The notes beneath the pieces are model-generated. The model was not told where the DNA came from. It did no database searches and saw only the letters and a list, made by a program, of their open reading frames with translations. Shown piece by piece: positions 1 through 9,409 of a stretch of DNA of 64,000 nt (the stretch's first letter is position 1; every line of letters starts with the position of its first letter). A program made the translations under genes and the position numbers. The DNA lies in assembly GCA_963767925.1 (NCBI GenBank), contig CAVYGB010000010.1:864001-928000 (forward strand), written 5' to 3'. The DNA is from an uncultured delta proteobacterium. Lineage in GTDB: Bacteria > Myxococcota_A > Polyangia > Fen-1088.

Positions 1-482
1 GCCGGGAAGTTGAAGGGGGTGATGCCGGCGACGACGCCGAGTGGCTCGCGCCGCACCTCGCAGCTCACCCCCCGGCTGACCTCGAGCAGGGCGCCGTCGT
101 CGAGGTTCTGGAGGGACAGGGCGAACTCGACAACCTCGAGGCCCTTGGCCAGGCCAGCGGCGGCCTCGGCCCGGGTCTTGCCGGCCTCGAGGGCGGCCAG
201 GTTGGCCAGCTCGTCCATGCACGCCGCGACCAGCTCGCGGAAGCGGAACAGGGGGCGGGTGCGCTCCTTGATCGGGATGGCGCGCCAGGCGGGGAAGGCG
301 GCCCGGGCGCCCGCCACCACCGCGTCGACGTCGTCGGCGCCCGACAGCTCGACGCTGCCGGTTACGGTGCCCGAGTAGGGGCTGGTGAGGGGGCGCTGCT
401 GGCCCGTCCGGGCGCGTTGCCAGCGACCGGCCACGAGGTTTTCGCAGCGGCGCGGTGACTCCGGAAGATCGACGAGGGGCAT
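1..482 (-). CDS. mmsA: CoA-acylating methylmalonate-semialdehyde dehydrogenase-like aldehyde dehydrogenase (MmsA/IolA family), 5' part, runs off the window edge
   Basis: Manual translation from ATG at 482: MPLVDLPESPRRCENLVAGRWQ...ARAAFPAWR...EAGKT...GLEVVEFA...RREPLGVVAGITPFNFP, a typical ALDH/MMSDH N-terminal half. Confidence 0.8.
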   Translation of the reverse strand, partial: MPLVDLPESPRRCENLVAGRWQRARTGQQRPLTSPYSGTVTGSVELSGADDVDAVVAGARAAFPAWRAIPIKERTRPLFRFRELVAACMDELANLAALEAGKTRAEAAAGLAKGLEVVEFALSLQNLDDGALLEVSRGVSCEVRREPLGVVAGITPFNFP

Positions 483-571
483 GGGCGTAGCCCTTCAATT
501 TTCCTTCCCGGGGAGCCCCCTGTCCAGTGGCGCGGCCCGGGAAGACGGTCGGGTACACTGTGGGGTCCCAG

Positions 572-1204
572 ATGAGCCAGCAGACGCGGTCGGTTTCCCT
601 GGTTGTCGGCATCGCCGGTGGGACCGGCAGCGGCAAGACCACCCTGGCCGAGAAGATCGTGGCCGCCCTGCCCACCGGACAGGCCCTGCTGCTGCAGCAC
701 GACGGCTACTACCGGGACCGCAGCCACCTGCCGCCGGCCGAGCGGGCCCGGATGAACTTCGACGAGCCCGAGGCCACCGAAAACGAGCTCCTGGCGCAGC
801 ACCTGGACGCGCTCCGCGCGGGGCAGGCCATCGAGGCGCCCCGGTACGAGTTTTCCACCCACACCCGCCGGACCGAGACCCGCCGGCTGGACCCCTGCCC
901 CATCGTCGTCGTCGAGGGGATCCTGCTGTTCGCGGTGGCGAGCCTGCGAGACCGCTTCGATCTGCGCCTGTTCGTCGACACGCCCGACGACCTGCGGCTG
1001 CTGCGGCGGATCAAGCGGGACCTGCTCGAGCGCGGGCGGGACATCGGGTCGATCGAGGCGCAGTACCTGACCACCGTACGCGACATGCACGAGCTCCACG
1101 TGGCGCCCACCCGGCGGCACGCCCACCTCATCGTGCCCGAGGGTGGGGAGAACCTGCAGGCGCTCGACGTGATCGTCGGCAAGCTCCTGCACCTGCTGGG
1201 GTAG
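572..1204 (+). CDS. udk: Uridine kinase
   Basis: P-loop GIAGGTGSGKTT, motifs NFDEPEA, VEGIL, RRIKRDLLERGRD, HADLIVPEGG-like end. Confidence 0.92.
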   Translation: MSQQTRSVSLVVGIAGGTGSGKTTLAEKIVAALPTGQALLLQHDGYYRDRSHLPPAERARMNFDEPEATENELLAQHLDALRAGQAIEAPRYEFSTHTRRTETRRLDPCPIVVVEGILLFAVASLRDRFDLRLFVDTPDDLRLLRRIKRDLLERGRDIGSIEAQYLTTVRDMHELHVAPTRRHAHLIVPEGGENLQALDVIVGKLLHLLG

Positions 1205-1213
1205 GTGGCGCGG

Positions 1214-2740
1214 CTAGTTCCCGAGGTCGGCGAGGACCCGGGCGGCGCGGGCGCGGAGGATGGCGAGGACCGCGGCAAAGGAGGCCTCGGTCTCGGCGTC
1301 GCTGTAGACCTTGCGCCGATCGGCGGCGAGGTGGGGGGCGATCTGGGCGCGGTAGGAGCTGGCCCGGGCGTCCAGGCCGGCAGCGGGCAGGAGGGCGACG
1401 ACCTCCCGGACGACGGCGAGGTAACGCGCGCGGCAGGGGGGGCTGGCGAGGCAGCGCCGGAGGACGAGGCCGGCGGTGATCGGCTCGAGGGGGCTGTTCC
1501 CGCTGTGGGCGAGATCGAGCATCGGCAGGTGGACGGCGGTGTCGTCGAAGGGCTTCCAGGCCATGTCGAGGCCCCAGGGGAGAAAGACGAAGCGGCCGCT
1601 GGCGGGGTCGCGATAGAGGTGGAAGTTGTTGGGATAAAACCGGGTATAGCCGTACATGTCCCACTGGTTCACGATCCCCTCGGCGGCGGTGAAGCGCAGG
1701 AAGCGCTCGGTGTCGAGGAGGGGGGCCAGCTCCTGCAGGAGGGTCGCGTCGCCGGCCCGGGCCAGGGCGGCGGTGAGGGCGCGCAGGTCGTTGCGATCGT
1801 CGGCCAGCTCGTTGGTCTGCAGCTCGAAGGTCGCCTCGCGGCCGGGCAGGAGGTCCTCGCCCCCTTCCTCGTAGAGGTTGCCGGCGTCGCTGGCGAACCA
1901 GCGCCGCAGCAGGGGCTTGTCGATCGACTCGACGTTGGCGTACACGCCGTAGAACTGGCCGTTCACCCAGAGCAGGGCGTTGTTGGCGCGCGAGGCCGGT
2001 AGCCCGGCCAGGCGGAAGAAGTCGTAAGCGAGGCGCTCGGCGATGCCCGAGGGGTCCTCCATCAGGTTGTTGAGGGTGAGGCGGCGCAGGCCGCGGAACG
2101 AGCGGCCGAGCACGAAGGCGTCGAACTTGATCTTGAGGGCGGGCTTGGCGGCGAAGGCGGTGCGGGTGGCCTCGCCCTTGATGCGGATCCCGACGTCCTC
2201 GAGCACCTCGCTGCCGTAGCGGAAGCGGGCGCGCACGTAGTGCTTGAGGTCGCCGGCCAGCTCGGCGGCGTTCAGCTCGGCGATGGCGGCGGGGGTGACC
2301 TCGAGATCGAAGCGGGGGAGCCGGTCGGGGGCGAACAGCTCGTCGCTGGCGGTGGGACCGGTGGGCGGAGGCGACGGTGTGGGGGGAGACGGTGGCGGAG
2401 GTGGGCCGGGCGGCGGCGGCGGCGCGGGGGGACCCGGCGGAGGCGGGCCGGGGGTGGGCGGGCCGGGAGGAGGTGGTGGTGGAGGCGGGCCGGGGGGGAG
2501 CGGGCCGGGGGGCGCAGGTGGTGGCGGGGGGGCGGCGTCCGGAGTGGATGGTGGCGGAGGGGCTTTCGGGCCCCCGGCGGGGGGCTTGGGCGGGGAGGCG
2601 CCGGGCGGCTGGGCCGGGTCGGCGACGCCGGGCGGGGCGGCGGGCGCTTCGTCCGGCGGTCCCGGCGCCGGCCTCGCCTCCGTCTGTCGACAGGATGCGA
2701 TCGCGGCGAGCGCCAGCAGCGAGAGACGACGTCTGGACAT
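1214..2740 (-). CDS. CotH-family kinase lipoprotein with long Pro-rich N-terminal linker
   Basis: Lipobox-like LAAIASC; VGIRIKG, KPALKIKFD, LTLNN, VNGQFYGVYANVE, NNFHLY, FLPWGLD are CotH motifs. Confidence 0.85.
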   Translation of the reverse strand: MSRRRLSLLALAAIASCRQTEARPAPGPPDEAPAAPPGVADPAQPPGASPPKPPAGGPKAPPPPSTPDAAPPPPPAPPGPLPPGPPPPPPPPGPPTPGPPPPGPPAPPPPPGPPPPPSPPTPSPPPTGPTASDELFAPDRLPRFDLEVTPAAIAELNAAELAGDLKHYVRARFRYGSEVLEDVGIRIKGEATRTAFAAKPALKIKFDAFVLGRSFRGLRRLTLNNLMEDPSGIAERLAYDFFRLAGLPASRANNALLWVNGQFYGVYANVESIDKPLLRRWFASDAGNLYEEGGEDLLPGREATFELQTNELADDRNDLRALTAALARAGDATLLQELAPLLDTERFLRFTAAEGIVNQWDMYGYTRFYPNNFHLYRDPASGRFVFLPWGLDMAWKPFDDTAVHLPMLDLAHSGNSPLEPITAGLVLRRCLASPPCRARYLAVVREVVALLPAAGLDARASSYRAQIAPHLAADRRKVYSDAETEASFAAVLAILRARAARVLADLGN

Positions 2741-2927
2741 GGGGTTGAGCGGGCGGCTCCCGGACGCCGAACAACCTGGGCCCCGCTGGCGCCGCCGGCC
2801 GGGCGCCGGCCGAAAATACAGGGCGGGTCAGTCAGCGGAGCTCGCAATCGGGCACAGGCGGATGGCGCTCGGCCGTTGCGACCACAACCTGTCCGGACCG
2901 AGGCGAGGGGCCTCGCCGGAGCGATCC

Positions 2928-4076
2928 ATGAATGGACTTCGACTGGAGATCGCGCGCGGACCGGGCGGGCTCGAGGGGCTGGCGCCGGACTGGGCTGCCC
3001 TCTCGCAGAGCCTCCCGGACCCGAGCTACGTGCAGCTCTGGGGCTGGCACCGCAGCCTGGTGGAGGCGCTGGTGCCCGAGCCCGAGGAGGTGGCCTTCTG
3101 CGTGCTCCGCGACGCCGCCGGGGCGGCGGTGGCGATCGTGCCGCTGCTGCGGACCCGGCAGCGGATGGGGGGCGTGCCGGTGCGGGTGCTGCAGTTGCCG
3201 AGCCACGAGCACATGCACCACACGGATCTGCTGGTGCATCCCGGATGGCGGACGCGCATCGAGCTGCCGGCCCTGATGGCGCGGGTGGCGGCGCAAGGGC
3301 TGGCGTTCGACGTGCTGGTGCTGGGGCCGGTGCTGGCCGACTCGACCGCCCGGGCGATCTTCGAGAGCGGCAAGCCGCTGCTGGCGCTCGTCGAGCCGGC
3401 GCGCCAGTCGGACGCGCTCGCCACCGGGAACCACGAGCAGCTCCTCGATCGGCTGTCGAAGAACTTCCGGGGCAACCTGCGCAAGGCGCGCAACAAGCTC
3501 GAGCGGCTCGGGACGGTCCGCATGGTGACGGCGCGGGGGCCGGAGCTCGGGGGGGCCTTCGATCGGTTCTGCGCGGTGGAGGCCTCGGGGTGGAAGGGGC
3601 GGGAGGGGACCGGGACGGCGATCGCCAACGATCCGCGGCTGCTGCGGTTCTATCGACAGCTCATCGAGCGGCTGGGGCCGGCGGGGCAGGTAGAGATCCA
3701 TCTGCTGCTCGCCGGTGGGACGGTGATCGCGGCGCAGTTTGCGGTGGTGGTGGGGCGGCGCTGTTATCTCCTGAAGATCGGGTACGACGAGGGGCAAGCG
3801 GCGCTCGCGCCGGGCAACATGCTGCTCGAGCGGTTGCTGCAGAGGTACGAGCGGGATGCGGCGGTCTCGCACGTCGATCTGGTGACGGATGCGGCCTGGC
3901 ACGAGAGCTGGAAGCCGGAGAGCCGGCTGGTTTATCAGCACCACCTGTTTCGGCCGACGACGCGGGGGTTGCTGGCCTGGGCGGCGCTGCAGGGAAAACA
4001 GGCGCTGCGGCCGGTGCGGCGACGGGTCGGCGCGCGCTGGAGGGAGCTGATCGGCGCGGAGGTGGCGGGGGGGTGA
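2928..4076 (+). CDS. GNAT acetyltransferase (Acetyltransf_6, CelD/BcsL-like)
   Basis: LSKNFRGNLRKARNKL, EASGWKG, LKIGYDE..LAPGNMLL motifs; start set at ATG 2928 inside ORF 2244..4076. Confidence 0.85.
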   Translation: MNGLRLEIARGPGGLEGLAPDWAALSQSLPDPSYVQLWGWHRSLVEALVPEPEEVAFCVLRDAAGAAVAIVPLLRTRQRMGGVPVRVLQLPSHEHMHHTDLLVHPGWRTRIELPALMARVAAQGLAFDVLVLGPVLADSTARAIFESGKPLLALVEPARQSDALATGNHEQLLDRLSKNFRGNLRKARNKLERLGTVRMVTARGPELGGAFDRFCAVEASGWKGREGTGTAIANDPRLLRFYRQLIERLGPAGQVEIHLLLAGGTVIAAQFAVVVGRRCYLLKIGYDEGQAALAPGNMLLERLLQRYERDAAVSHVDLVTDAAWHESWKPESRLVYQHHLFRPTTRGLLAWAALQGKQALRPVRRRVGARWRELIGAEVAGG

Positions 4077-4080
4077 CGAC

Positions 4081-4320
4081 GATGGCGATGGCGATGGCGA
4101 TGGCGATGGCGATGGCGATGGCGATGGCGATGGCGATGGCGATGGCGATGGCGATGGCGATGGCGATGGCGATGGCGATGGCGATGGCGATGGCGATGGC
4201 GATGGCGATGGCGATGGCGATGGCGATGGCGATGGCGATGGCGATGGCGATGGCGATGGCGATGGCGATGGCGATGGCGATGGCGATGGCGATGGCGATG
4301 GCGATGGCGATGGCGATGGC
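4081..4320. repeat. Perfect hexanucleotide tandem repeat (GATGGC)x40
   Basis: Four full 60-nt lines of uninterrupted GATGGC. Confidence 0.98.
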
Positions 4321-4324
4321 CACA

Positions 4325-4509
4325 CCGGAGACCCCTCACCCCTCCCTCTCCCCGCTGCCGCGGGGCGAGGGCGAACATCTGGCGAGGTTGCCTCGATCAG
4401 CTTCCGAGTGGGTGATTCATGGCAGCTTCTTCCGAGATTTTTGGCTCCCCGTTGTCCGCTCGCCCTCGCCCCGCGGCAGCGGGGAGAGGGTTGGGGTGAG
4501 GGGCTCCGG
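4325..4509. repeat. Inverted pair of REP-like hairpin elements (REPIN/MITE-like doublet)
   Basis: CCCCTCACCCCTCCCTCTCCCCGCTGCCGCGGGGCGAGGGCGA at 4332-4374 and its near reverse complement at about 4459-4503. Confidence 0.85.
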
Positions 4510-4527
4510 GCAAACCGTTCGGTGGTC

Positions 4528-5253
4528 TCAGTCCATGGGAAGGAAGCGAACCTGGTCGCCGGGGTGGATCAGGAAGGGGTCGGGGCGATCGGGATCGAAG
4601 AGGATCGCGGGGGTGTGGCCGATGATGCGCCAGCCGCCGGGGCTGGTGGTCGGGTAGATGCCCGTCTGCCGCCCGCCGATTCCCACCGATCCCGCGGGGA
4701 CTGCCGGGTGGGGGGTGGACAGGCGGGGGGTGGTCAGGTGGGGGTCGAGGCCGCCGAGGAAGGGGAAGCCGGGGCGGAAGCCGAGCAGGTGGCACAGGTA
4801 GACGGGGGCGGTGTGGCGCTCGATGAGCTCGGGGAGGGTGAGATCTTTCTCGGCCAGGAGGGCTTCCAGATCGGTCGCCACCGTGGGGTGGTAGCGGACG
4901 GGGATCTCCACGAGGCGGCCGGGCGGCGCAAGGGCGACGGCGGGTCCGATGGCGGGGGCGACTGCCTGCTGCCAGGCCTGCGCGAGCGCGGCGCGGACGG
5001 CGCCGCCATCGGTGACGACCGGGTCGAAGACCACGAGGACGGTCGCGTAGCCGGGCAACACGTCCAGCCAGCCGGGCGGCCAGCGTGTCTGCGGGTCGAG
5101 GGCGGCGAGCGCGGCCATCACCCGCTCGAAGGTCCTTGGCGAGATGTCGTCGCCGAGGCGGAGCGAAAGGGCGGCGTCGCCGGCGGGCGAGATGTCCGGG
5201 CCGGGGGGCGCCGGCGCGCGCAGCGAGGAGCCGGGTGGCGGTGGGTGGCTCAC
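4528..5253 (-). CDS. pxpB: 5-oxoprolinase subunit B (PxpB/KipI family)
   Basis: PAGDAAL, VLPGYATVLV, LGFRPGFPFLGGL, PAGSVGIGGRQTGIYPTTSPGGWRIIGHTP. Confidence 0.9.
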   Translation of the reverse strand: MSHPPPPGSSLRAPAPPGPDISPAGDAALSLRLGDDISPRTFERVMAALAALDPQTRWPPGWLDVLPGYATVLVVFDPVVTDGGAVRAALAQAWQQAVAPAIGPAVALAPPGRLVEIPVRYHPTVATDLEALLAEKDLTLPELIERHTAPVYLCHLLGFRPGFPFLGGLDPHLTTPRLSTPHPAVPAGSVGIGGRQTGIYPTTSPGGWRIIGHTPAILFDPDRPDPFLIHPGDQVRFLPMD

Positions 5254-5918
5254 GGTGTGCCGCTGGCCAGGCCCTGCTCGACGAAGAAGGCGCGGATGGC
5301 GGCGAGCAGGCGGGCGTCCCAGTCGGACTGGGTGCCCGGGGTGCCGGCGGGCGCGCGCTTGCGGACGGCCAGGGAGTGATCGCCGCCCTCGACGACGAAG
5401 AGACGCTGGGGGGCCCGCATCTCGCCACGCACGCGTTCCAGGTCGTCGAGCGGGCAGAGGGCGTCGCGGGTGCCCTGCAGGAACAGGATCGGAGTGTCGA
5501 GGGCGCGCAGCACCTCGTCGCGCAGGGCTCCGCTGCCCCCCTTCAAGGGGTAGCCGAAGCAGACCAGGGCGGCCGGCACCGGCGCCCCGCCCTGCCCGGC
5601 CGCTCCGGCCTCCGCCCGCTCCCGGAACAGCTCGACGGCGAGGTGGCAGCCCATGCGCGAGCCCATCGACTTGCCGGCGAACACCACCGGGCGGTCGGCG
5701 CCGTGGCGCGCGCGCGCCTCGGCCAGGGCCTCCCGGTGGGCGGCCAGGAGGACCGGCATGCGGTCGGGTGCCTTGCGGCCGGCCTTCATGTACGGGTAGT
5801 CGAAGGCCACCACCGGGCCGAGCGCTCCGAGCCGCTCGGCCCAGCTCTTCATCCAGCCGGACGAGGACGGGGCGCCCGCGCCGTGCGCGAACAGGATGAT
5901 CGGGGTCTGGGCCGCCAT
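5250..5918 (-). CDS. Alpha/beta hydrolase (KANL3/Tex30-like)
   Basis: AHGAGA oxyanion motif, GKSMG nucleophile elbow, QGTRD and GGDHS triad motifs. Confidence 0.88.
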   Translation of the reverse strand: MAAQTPIILFAHGAGAPSSSGWMKSWAERLGALGPVVAFDYPYMKAGRKAPDRMPVLLAAHREALAEARARHGADRPVVFAGKSMGSRMGCHLAVELFRERAEAGAAGQGGAPVPAALVCFGYPLKGGSGALRDEVLRALDTPILFLQGTRDALCPLDDLERVRGEMRAPQRLFVVEGGDHSLAVRKRAPAGTPGTQSDWDARLLAAIRAFFVEQGLASGTP

Positions 5919-5960
5919 CGGCGCATCATACCGCTGCCCCCAGGCCCACACCGGCGGCGA

Positions 5961-7913
5961 TCACCTCCGGGTGGCTTCGAAGGCGGAGAGCCACACCACG
6001 GCGCGGGAGGAGGCCGGGCAGCGGGCCTGAAGCGCGATGACCAGGGGGCCGCCGGGGTGCTCGTGGCTGATCTCGAGGGGGAGAGTCTCGCCGCGACCGC
6101 CGGCGGCGAGGAGATCGGAGAGGGGAATCGAGGCGGGCTTCGCGCGGGACGGGACAAGATCGATCCAGCAGGTGGCGGCGGCGGGTGGCGACGGCGTGGC
6201 GGCGGCGGGTGGCGACGGCGTGGCGGCGGCGGGTGGCGACGGCGTGGCGGCGGCGGGTGGCGACGGCGTGGCGGCGGCGGGTGGCGGGGGAGCGGTGGGG
6301 AGGGCGTCGAGGTGGGCGCGCAGGGTGTAGCGGCCGGGGGGCAGGGTCAGGGTGGTGTGGGCGACGGGGCGCGATCCGGGGTCGCCGGTTGCCAGAGCCA
6401 GGCCGAAGCCGTCGTGGACGCCCTGGATGGGGGAGCGGCCCTGGCCGGTTGGAGCCCACTTGCAGACGGCGGGGTGGCCGTCGATGCGGCAGACGTGGGC
6501 GGCCCAGCGGTGGGTGTCGCGGAGGCGCGCGCCGATCGCCTGGCTGACGGGCCAGCCGGCGAGCAGGACCAGGAGGGCGATGGCCACCGCGAGGCCGTCG
6601 CGGCGCAGGCCGGCCCGGGCGCCGCCGGGGCGATCGGCGGCCCCCGTGGCGACGCCGCGATCGGCGACCTCCCCGGCGCCGCGGCGGTGGAGGCGGGTGG
6701 CTTGCTCGGCGATCCAGGCGGGCACGGCGGCGGCGACGGGGAACATCAGGGCAGCGATGGGGAGGTGGTAGCGGGCCTCGGCGAAGTAGAGAGCGTAGAC
6801 CCCCGCGAGGGCGAGCTGGATGGGGACGAAGGCGAGGGCTTCCCAGCGGCGGCGGGCCACGGCCAGGCCGATGCCGGCGAAGGTGGCGACGACGAGCGCG
6901 ATCCAGAAGGCGTCGGTCCAGGCCTCCAGGGCCGGGCGGTGGCGGTCGAAGAAGGCCTTGGTCGGGCCGGGGCGGAGGACGCCGGCGCGGTAGAGGGGCC
7001 AGTAGAGCAGCGGGCGCTCGCGATCGAGGAGGCGTTCGGCCTTCAGCGCCACCAGGCCGGCGGCGTAGCGCCCCGAGAAGGCCGACCAGTCGCGGGCCAG
7101 GGCGTAGGCGGCGCGGTCGGCGGCCCGGTGGGGCTCCGCCAGGAGGGTGTAGCCGGTGACCTCCTTGAACAGGCGGTTGAGCGAGCGCGAGTAGCGGCCG
7201 TCGCTGTTGGGGTTGGCGCCCACCAGGGCGGTGAGTCCGCCGTGGCTGTCGGTGAGCATCCACGCGCCGTAGCGGGCGTGGTTGCGCAGCACCCAGGGGG
7301 CCAGGACCAGCAGGGCGATCAGGGCGCCGGCGGCGGAGCGCACGATAGCCTGCCGCCAGGTGGCGCCCGCGGCGCGGAAGTAGAAGACCGTGAAGACGGC
7401 CAGGGGGACGGTCACCGCGCGCACCCAGGCGCCCAGGCCCATGGCCAGCCCGAAGGCGGCCGTCGCGACCCAGGGACGGGTGCGCCCCCAGCGGACCAGG
7501 GCCCAGGCGGCGCCGAGGATCAGCACGCCCGCTGGCATGTCGGTCCCGGTCACGCTGCCGACCGCCACCCCGGCCGGCCAGAGGGCATAGGCGATCCCGG
7601 CGGCCAGCGCCGCCGCCCGCCCCCAGAAGGCGGCCGCCAGCCCGTACACCGCGCCCGCGCCGGCGGCGCTCAGCAGCGCGCCGAGGGTCAGCTTGATCGC
7701 CAGCAGGCCGCCCCCCAGCCCCATCACCAGCGCGGCCGCCCCCACGTACCCCGGCATGTAGACGAACTCCGGGTCGAGCGCCCCCTGCTCGAGCAGGTAG
7801 GTCGCGGACTCTAGGTACATGGCGAAGTCCCCCACCGGCTTGCTCGGGACGAGCAGCACCCAGGCCACGCGCACGAGTGCGGCGAGGGCGACGATCAGCG
7901 AGGGGGCCAGCAT
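5961..7913 (-). CDS. Polytopic membrane protein, GT-C/ArnT-PMT-like glycosyltransferase with C-terminal soluble domain
   Basis: Many TM segments; N-terminal GDF..Y loop, MPGY, LAPWVLRN..YG, EARYHLP motifs typical of ArnT-like proteins. Confidence 0.65.
   Translation of the reverse strand: MLAPSLIVALAALVRVAWVLLVPSKPVGDFAMYLESATYLLEQGALDPEFVYMPGYVGAAALVMGLGGGLLAIKLTLGALLSAAGAGAVYGLAAAFWGRAAALAAGIAYALWPAGVAVGSVTGTDMPAGVLILGAAWALVRWGRTRPWVATAAFGLAMGLGAWVRAVTVPLAVFTVFYFRAAGATWRQAIVRSAAGALIALLVLAPWVLRNHARYGAWMLTDSHGGLTALVGANPNSDGRYSRSLNRLFKEVTGYTLLAEPHRAADRAAYALARDWSAFSGRYAAGLVALKAERLLDRERPLLYWPLYRAGVLRPGPTKAFFDRHRPALEAWTDAFWIALVVATFAGIGLAVARRRWEALAFVPIQLALAGVYALYFAEARYHLPIAALMFPVAAAVPAWIAEQATRLHRRGAGEVADRGVATGAADRPGGARAGLRRDGLAVAIALLVLLAGWPVSQAIGARLRDTHRWAAHVCRIDGHPAVCKWAPTGQGRSPIQGVHDGFGLALATGDPGSRPVAHTTLTLPPGRYTLRAHLDALPTAPPPPAAATPSPPAAATPSPPAAATPSPPAAATPSPPAAATCWIDLVPSRAKPASIPLSDLLAAGGRGETLPLEISHEHPGGPLVIALQARCPASSRAVVWLSAFEATRR
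6172..6286 (-). repeat. Coding 24-bp tandem repeat (PSPPAAAT, about 4.8 copies)
   Basis: GTGGCGGCGGCGGGTGGCGACGGC repeated 4 times plus a partial copy. Confidence 0.95.
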
Positions 7914-8023
7914 GGCAGGCGCATGAAAGCCCACAACCACCCCCCGACGCCAGCCTCACCTGGCAAACCAACACATCGATACTTGATTTGCAATCCGTAT
8001 GCGTATAATTTAGCCCTATTCGA

Positions 8024-8325
8024 ATGGGAGTTCGGAGGGCGTGTGCTCAGCTCGCTTTGTCTCGGACGTCGGGGTGGGGCGGGCGGCGGAAGGGGGCCGG
8101 GCGGCCTCCGCTTCCGGGGCGGCGGCGACCCGCGCCCCATCGGGCTCTGGCGGAGCACAAGGGGGCGCATCCGGTGCACATGACCTTGCGGGCCCGGACG
8201 GGGTTGGCTTTGCGGGGCAAGCGGGTGTTCGGGGAGTTGCGGGAGTGCTTCCGGGCGGCCAGCTCGACGGGGTTCCGGGTGGTGCAGTTCTCGGTTCAGG
8301 TCGATCACTGCTGCTGATTGTTTTT
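8024..8325 (+). pseudogene. Truncated, frameshifted REP-associated tyrosine transposase (RAYT / IS200-like Y1) remnant
   Basis: GWGGRRKGAGRP...HPVHMTLR...FRVVQFSVQVDH, then in a shifted frame LLLIV (expected HUH motif DHxHLIVE); the C-terminal catalytic half is absent. Confidence 0.7.
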
Positions 8326-8334
8326 TGGTGGCAG

Positions 8335-8424
8335 AGCCTGAGCAGAGGCGGAGCTGAACAGGGCAGCCTGAGCGGAGGCGGATGCCAGCGGAGGGGATGC
8401 CAGCAGAGGGGATGCCAGCGGAGG
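8335..8424. repeat. Short direct repeats at the RAYT truncation point
   Basis: GGATGCCAGC(G/A)GAGG x3 (8380-8424) and AGCCTGAGC(A/G)GAGGCGGA x2 (8335, 8365). Confidence 0.85.
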
Positions 8425-8486
8425 CGCGCGCGAGCCGTCGGGTGGGAGCCGAGTTGATCGGGCTCGTGGGGAAGGGGTCGGGCGGG

Positions 8487-9341
8487 CTAGCGGAACTTGT
8501 CTTGCATGGCTTTGAGGCCGGGGATGACATCGAGGAGGTAGTCGAAGGCGGGGTCGAACTTTTGCAGGAGGGAGCGCTGGTGTCGGCCGACGATGATGGT
8601 GAAGACGTAGGCTTCGTGGCCCGGGGAGGTGACGGTCGGGTGGTAGCCGCTCTCGAAGGCGAAGGTGTCGCCGGTGCGGGTCACGTGGGCCATGGGCTGG
8701 GCCCGGGGATCTCGATCGGCCGAGGGGTACCAGAGCTGGGCGCCGAAGCCGGTCTCGGGGCGGTATCGGTAGTGGTAGATCTCCTGGAACTCGGTCTCGG
8801 ACGGGGGGCGCTCTTCGTCGTGCTTGTGGGGTGGGTAGCCGGACCAGCAGCCGGGGTCGGCCCGTAGCTCGCTGACCAGGAGGTTGCCGGCGCGGCCGTT
8901 GGCGTTCTGGCCGAGGATGTGGAAGATGCGGCGGCGCGAGTGGGTCTCGGCGGAGCCGACCTCCACCATCTGGATGGCTTCGGGCTCGATGCGGAACGGG
9001 GCGTGCTCTTCGGCGCAACGGCCGCCGGCGACGGCCACCTCGGCCGGGCCACCCCGGGCGGCCACCACCACCTCGGCCCGGGTGCCGGCGTAGACCGAGT
9101 CGGCGGGGCCGGACCAGATGTCGGCGCGACGACCCACCTCGGCAAAACGCTGGCCGCCGACCGTGATGTCGGCGCGCCCAGAAAGAACGACGAACACCGT
9201 CTCGAACCCTGGCTCGTGGATCCGGATCTGCTCGCCCTCGGCCAGGCGCAGGAGGTTGAAATAACAGAGGTCCATCGGCGCGGCGCCGGCCGGCACGATG
9301 GGACGGTTGTCGACCGGGCGCGTGCGAACGAAGGTGGGCAT
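8487..9341 (-). CDS. iolB: 5-deoxy-glucuronate isomerase (IolB)
   Basis: Cupin motifs WSGYPPHKHD, FQEIYHYR, GYHPTV. Confidence 0.9.
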   Translation of the reverse strand: MPTFVRTRPVDNRPIVPAGAAPMDLCYFNLLRLAEGEQIRIHEPGFETVFVVLSGRADITVGGQRFAEVGRRADIWSGPADSVYAGTRAEVVVAARGGPAEVAVAGGRCAEEHAPFRIEPEAIQMVEVGSAETHSRRRIFHILGQNANGRAGNLLVSELRADPGCWSGYPPHKHDEERPPSETEFQEIYHYRYRPETGFGAQLWYPSADRDPRAQPMAHVTRTGDTFAFESGYHPTVTSPGHEAYVFTIIVGRHQRSLLQKFDPAFDYLLDVIPGLKAMQDKFR

Positions 9342-9409
9342 GGGGGCGCGAGACTACCGCAGCACGCGGCGCGCGTGCCTTTTGGAAAACGCGACACTAC
9401 CTTTCTGAG

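Noticed and set aside
4081..4320. Possible CRISPR array
   Set aside because: Pure 6-bp tandem repeat with no spacers and no cas genes in the window
2240..4657. 805-aa ORF containing poly-(MA), and the poly-SP, -IA and -HR ORFs on the minus strand
   Set aside because: Shadow frames crossing the CotH, GNAT and pxpB genes; they stay open because of high GC and the stop-free hexamer repeat
5085..7814. Long antisense ORFs such as 5085..7814, 28296..30815, 39103..41934, 58494..61229 and 61184..63994
   Set aside because: Antisense or alternate-frame shadows of well-supported genes, with no protein motifs
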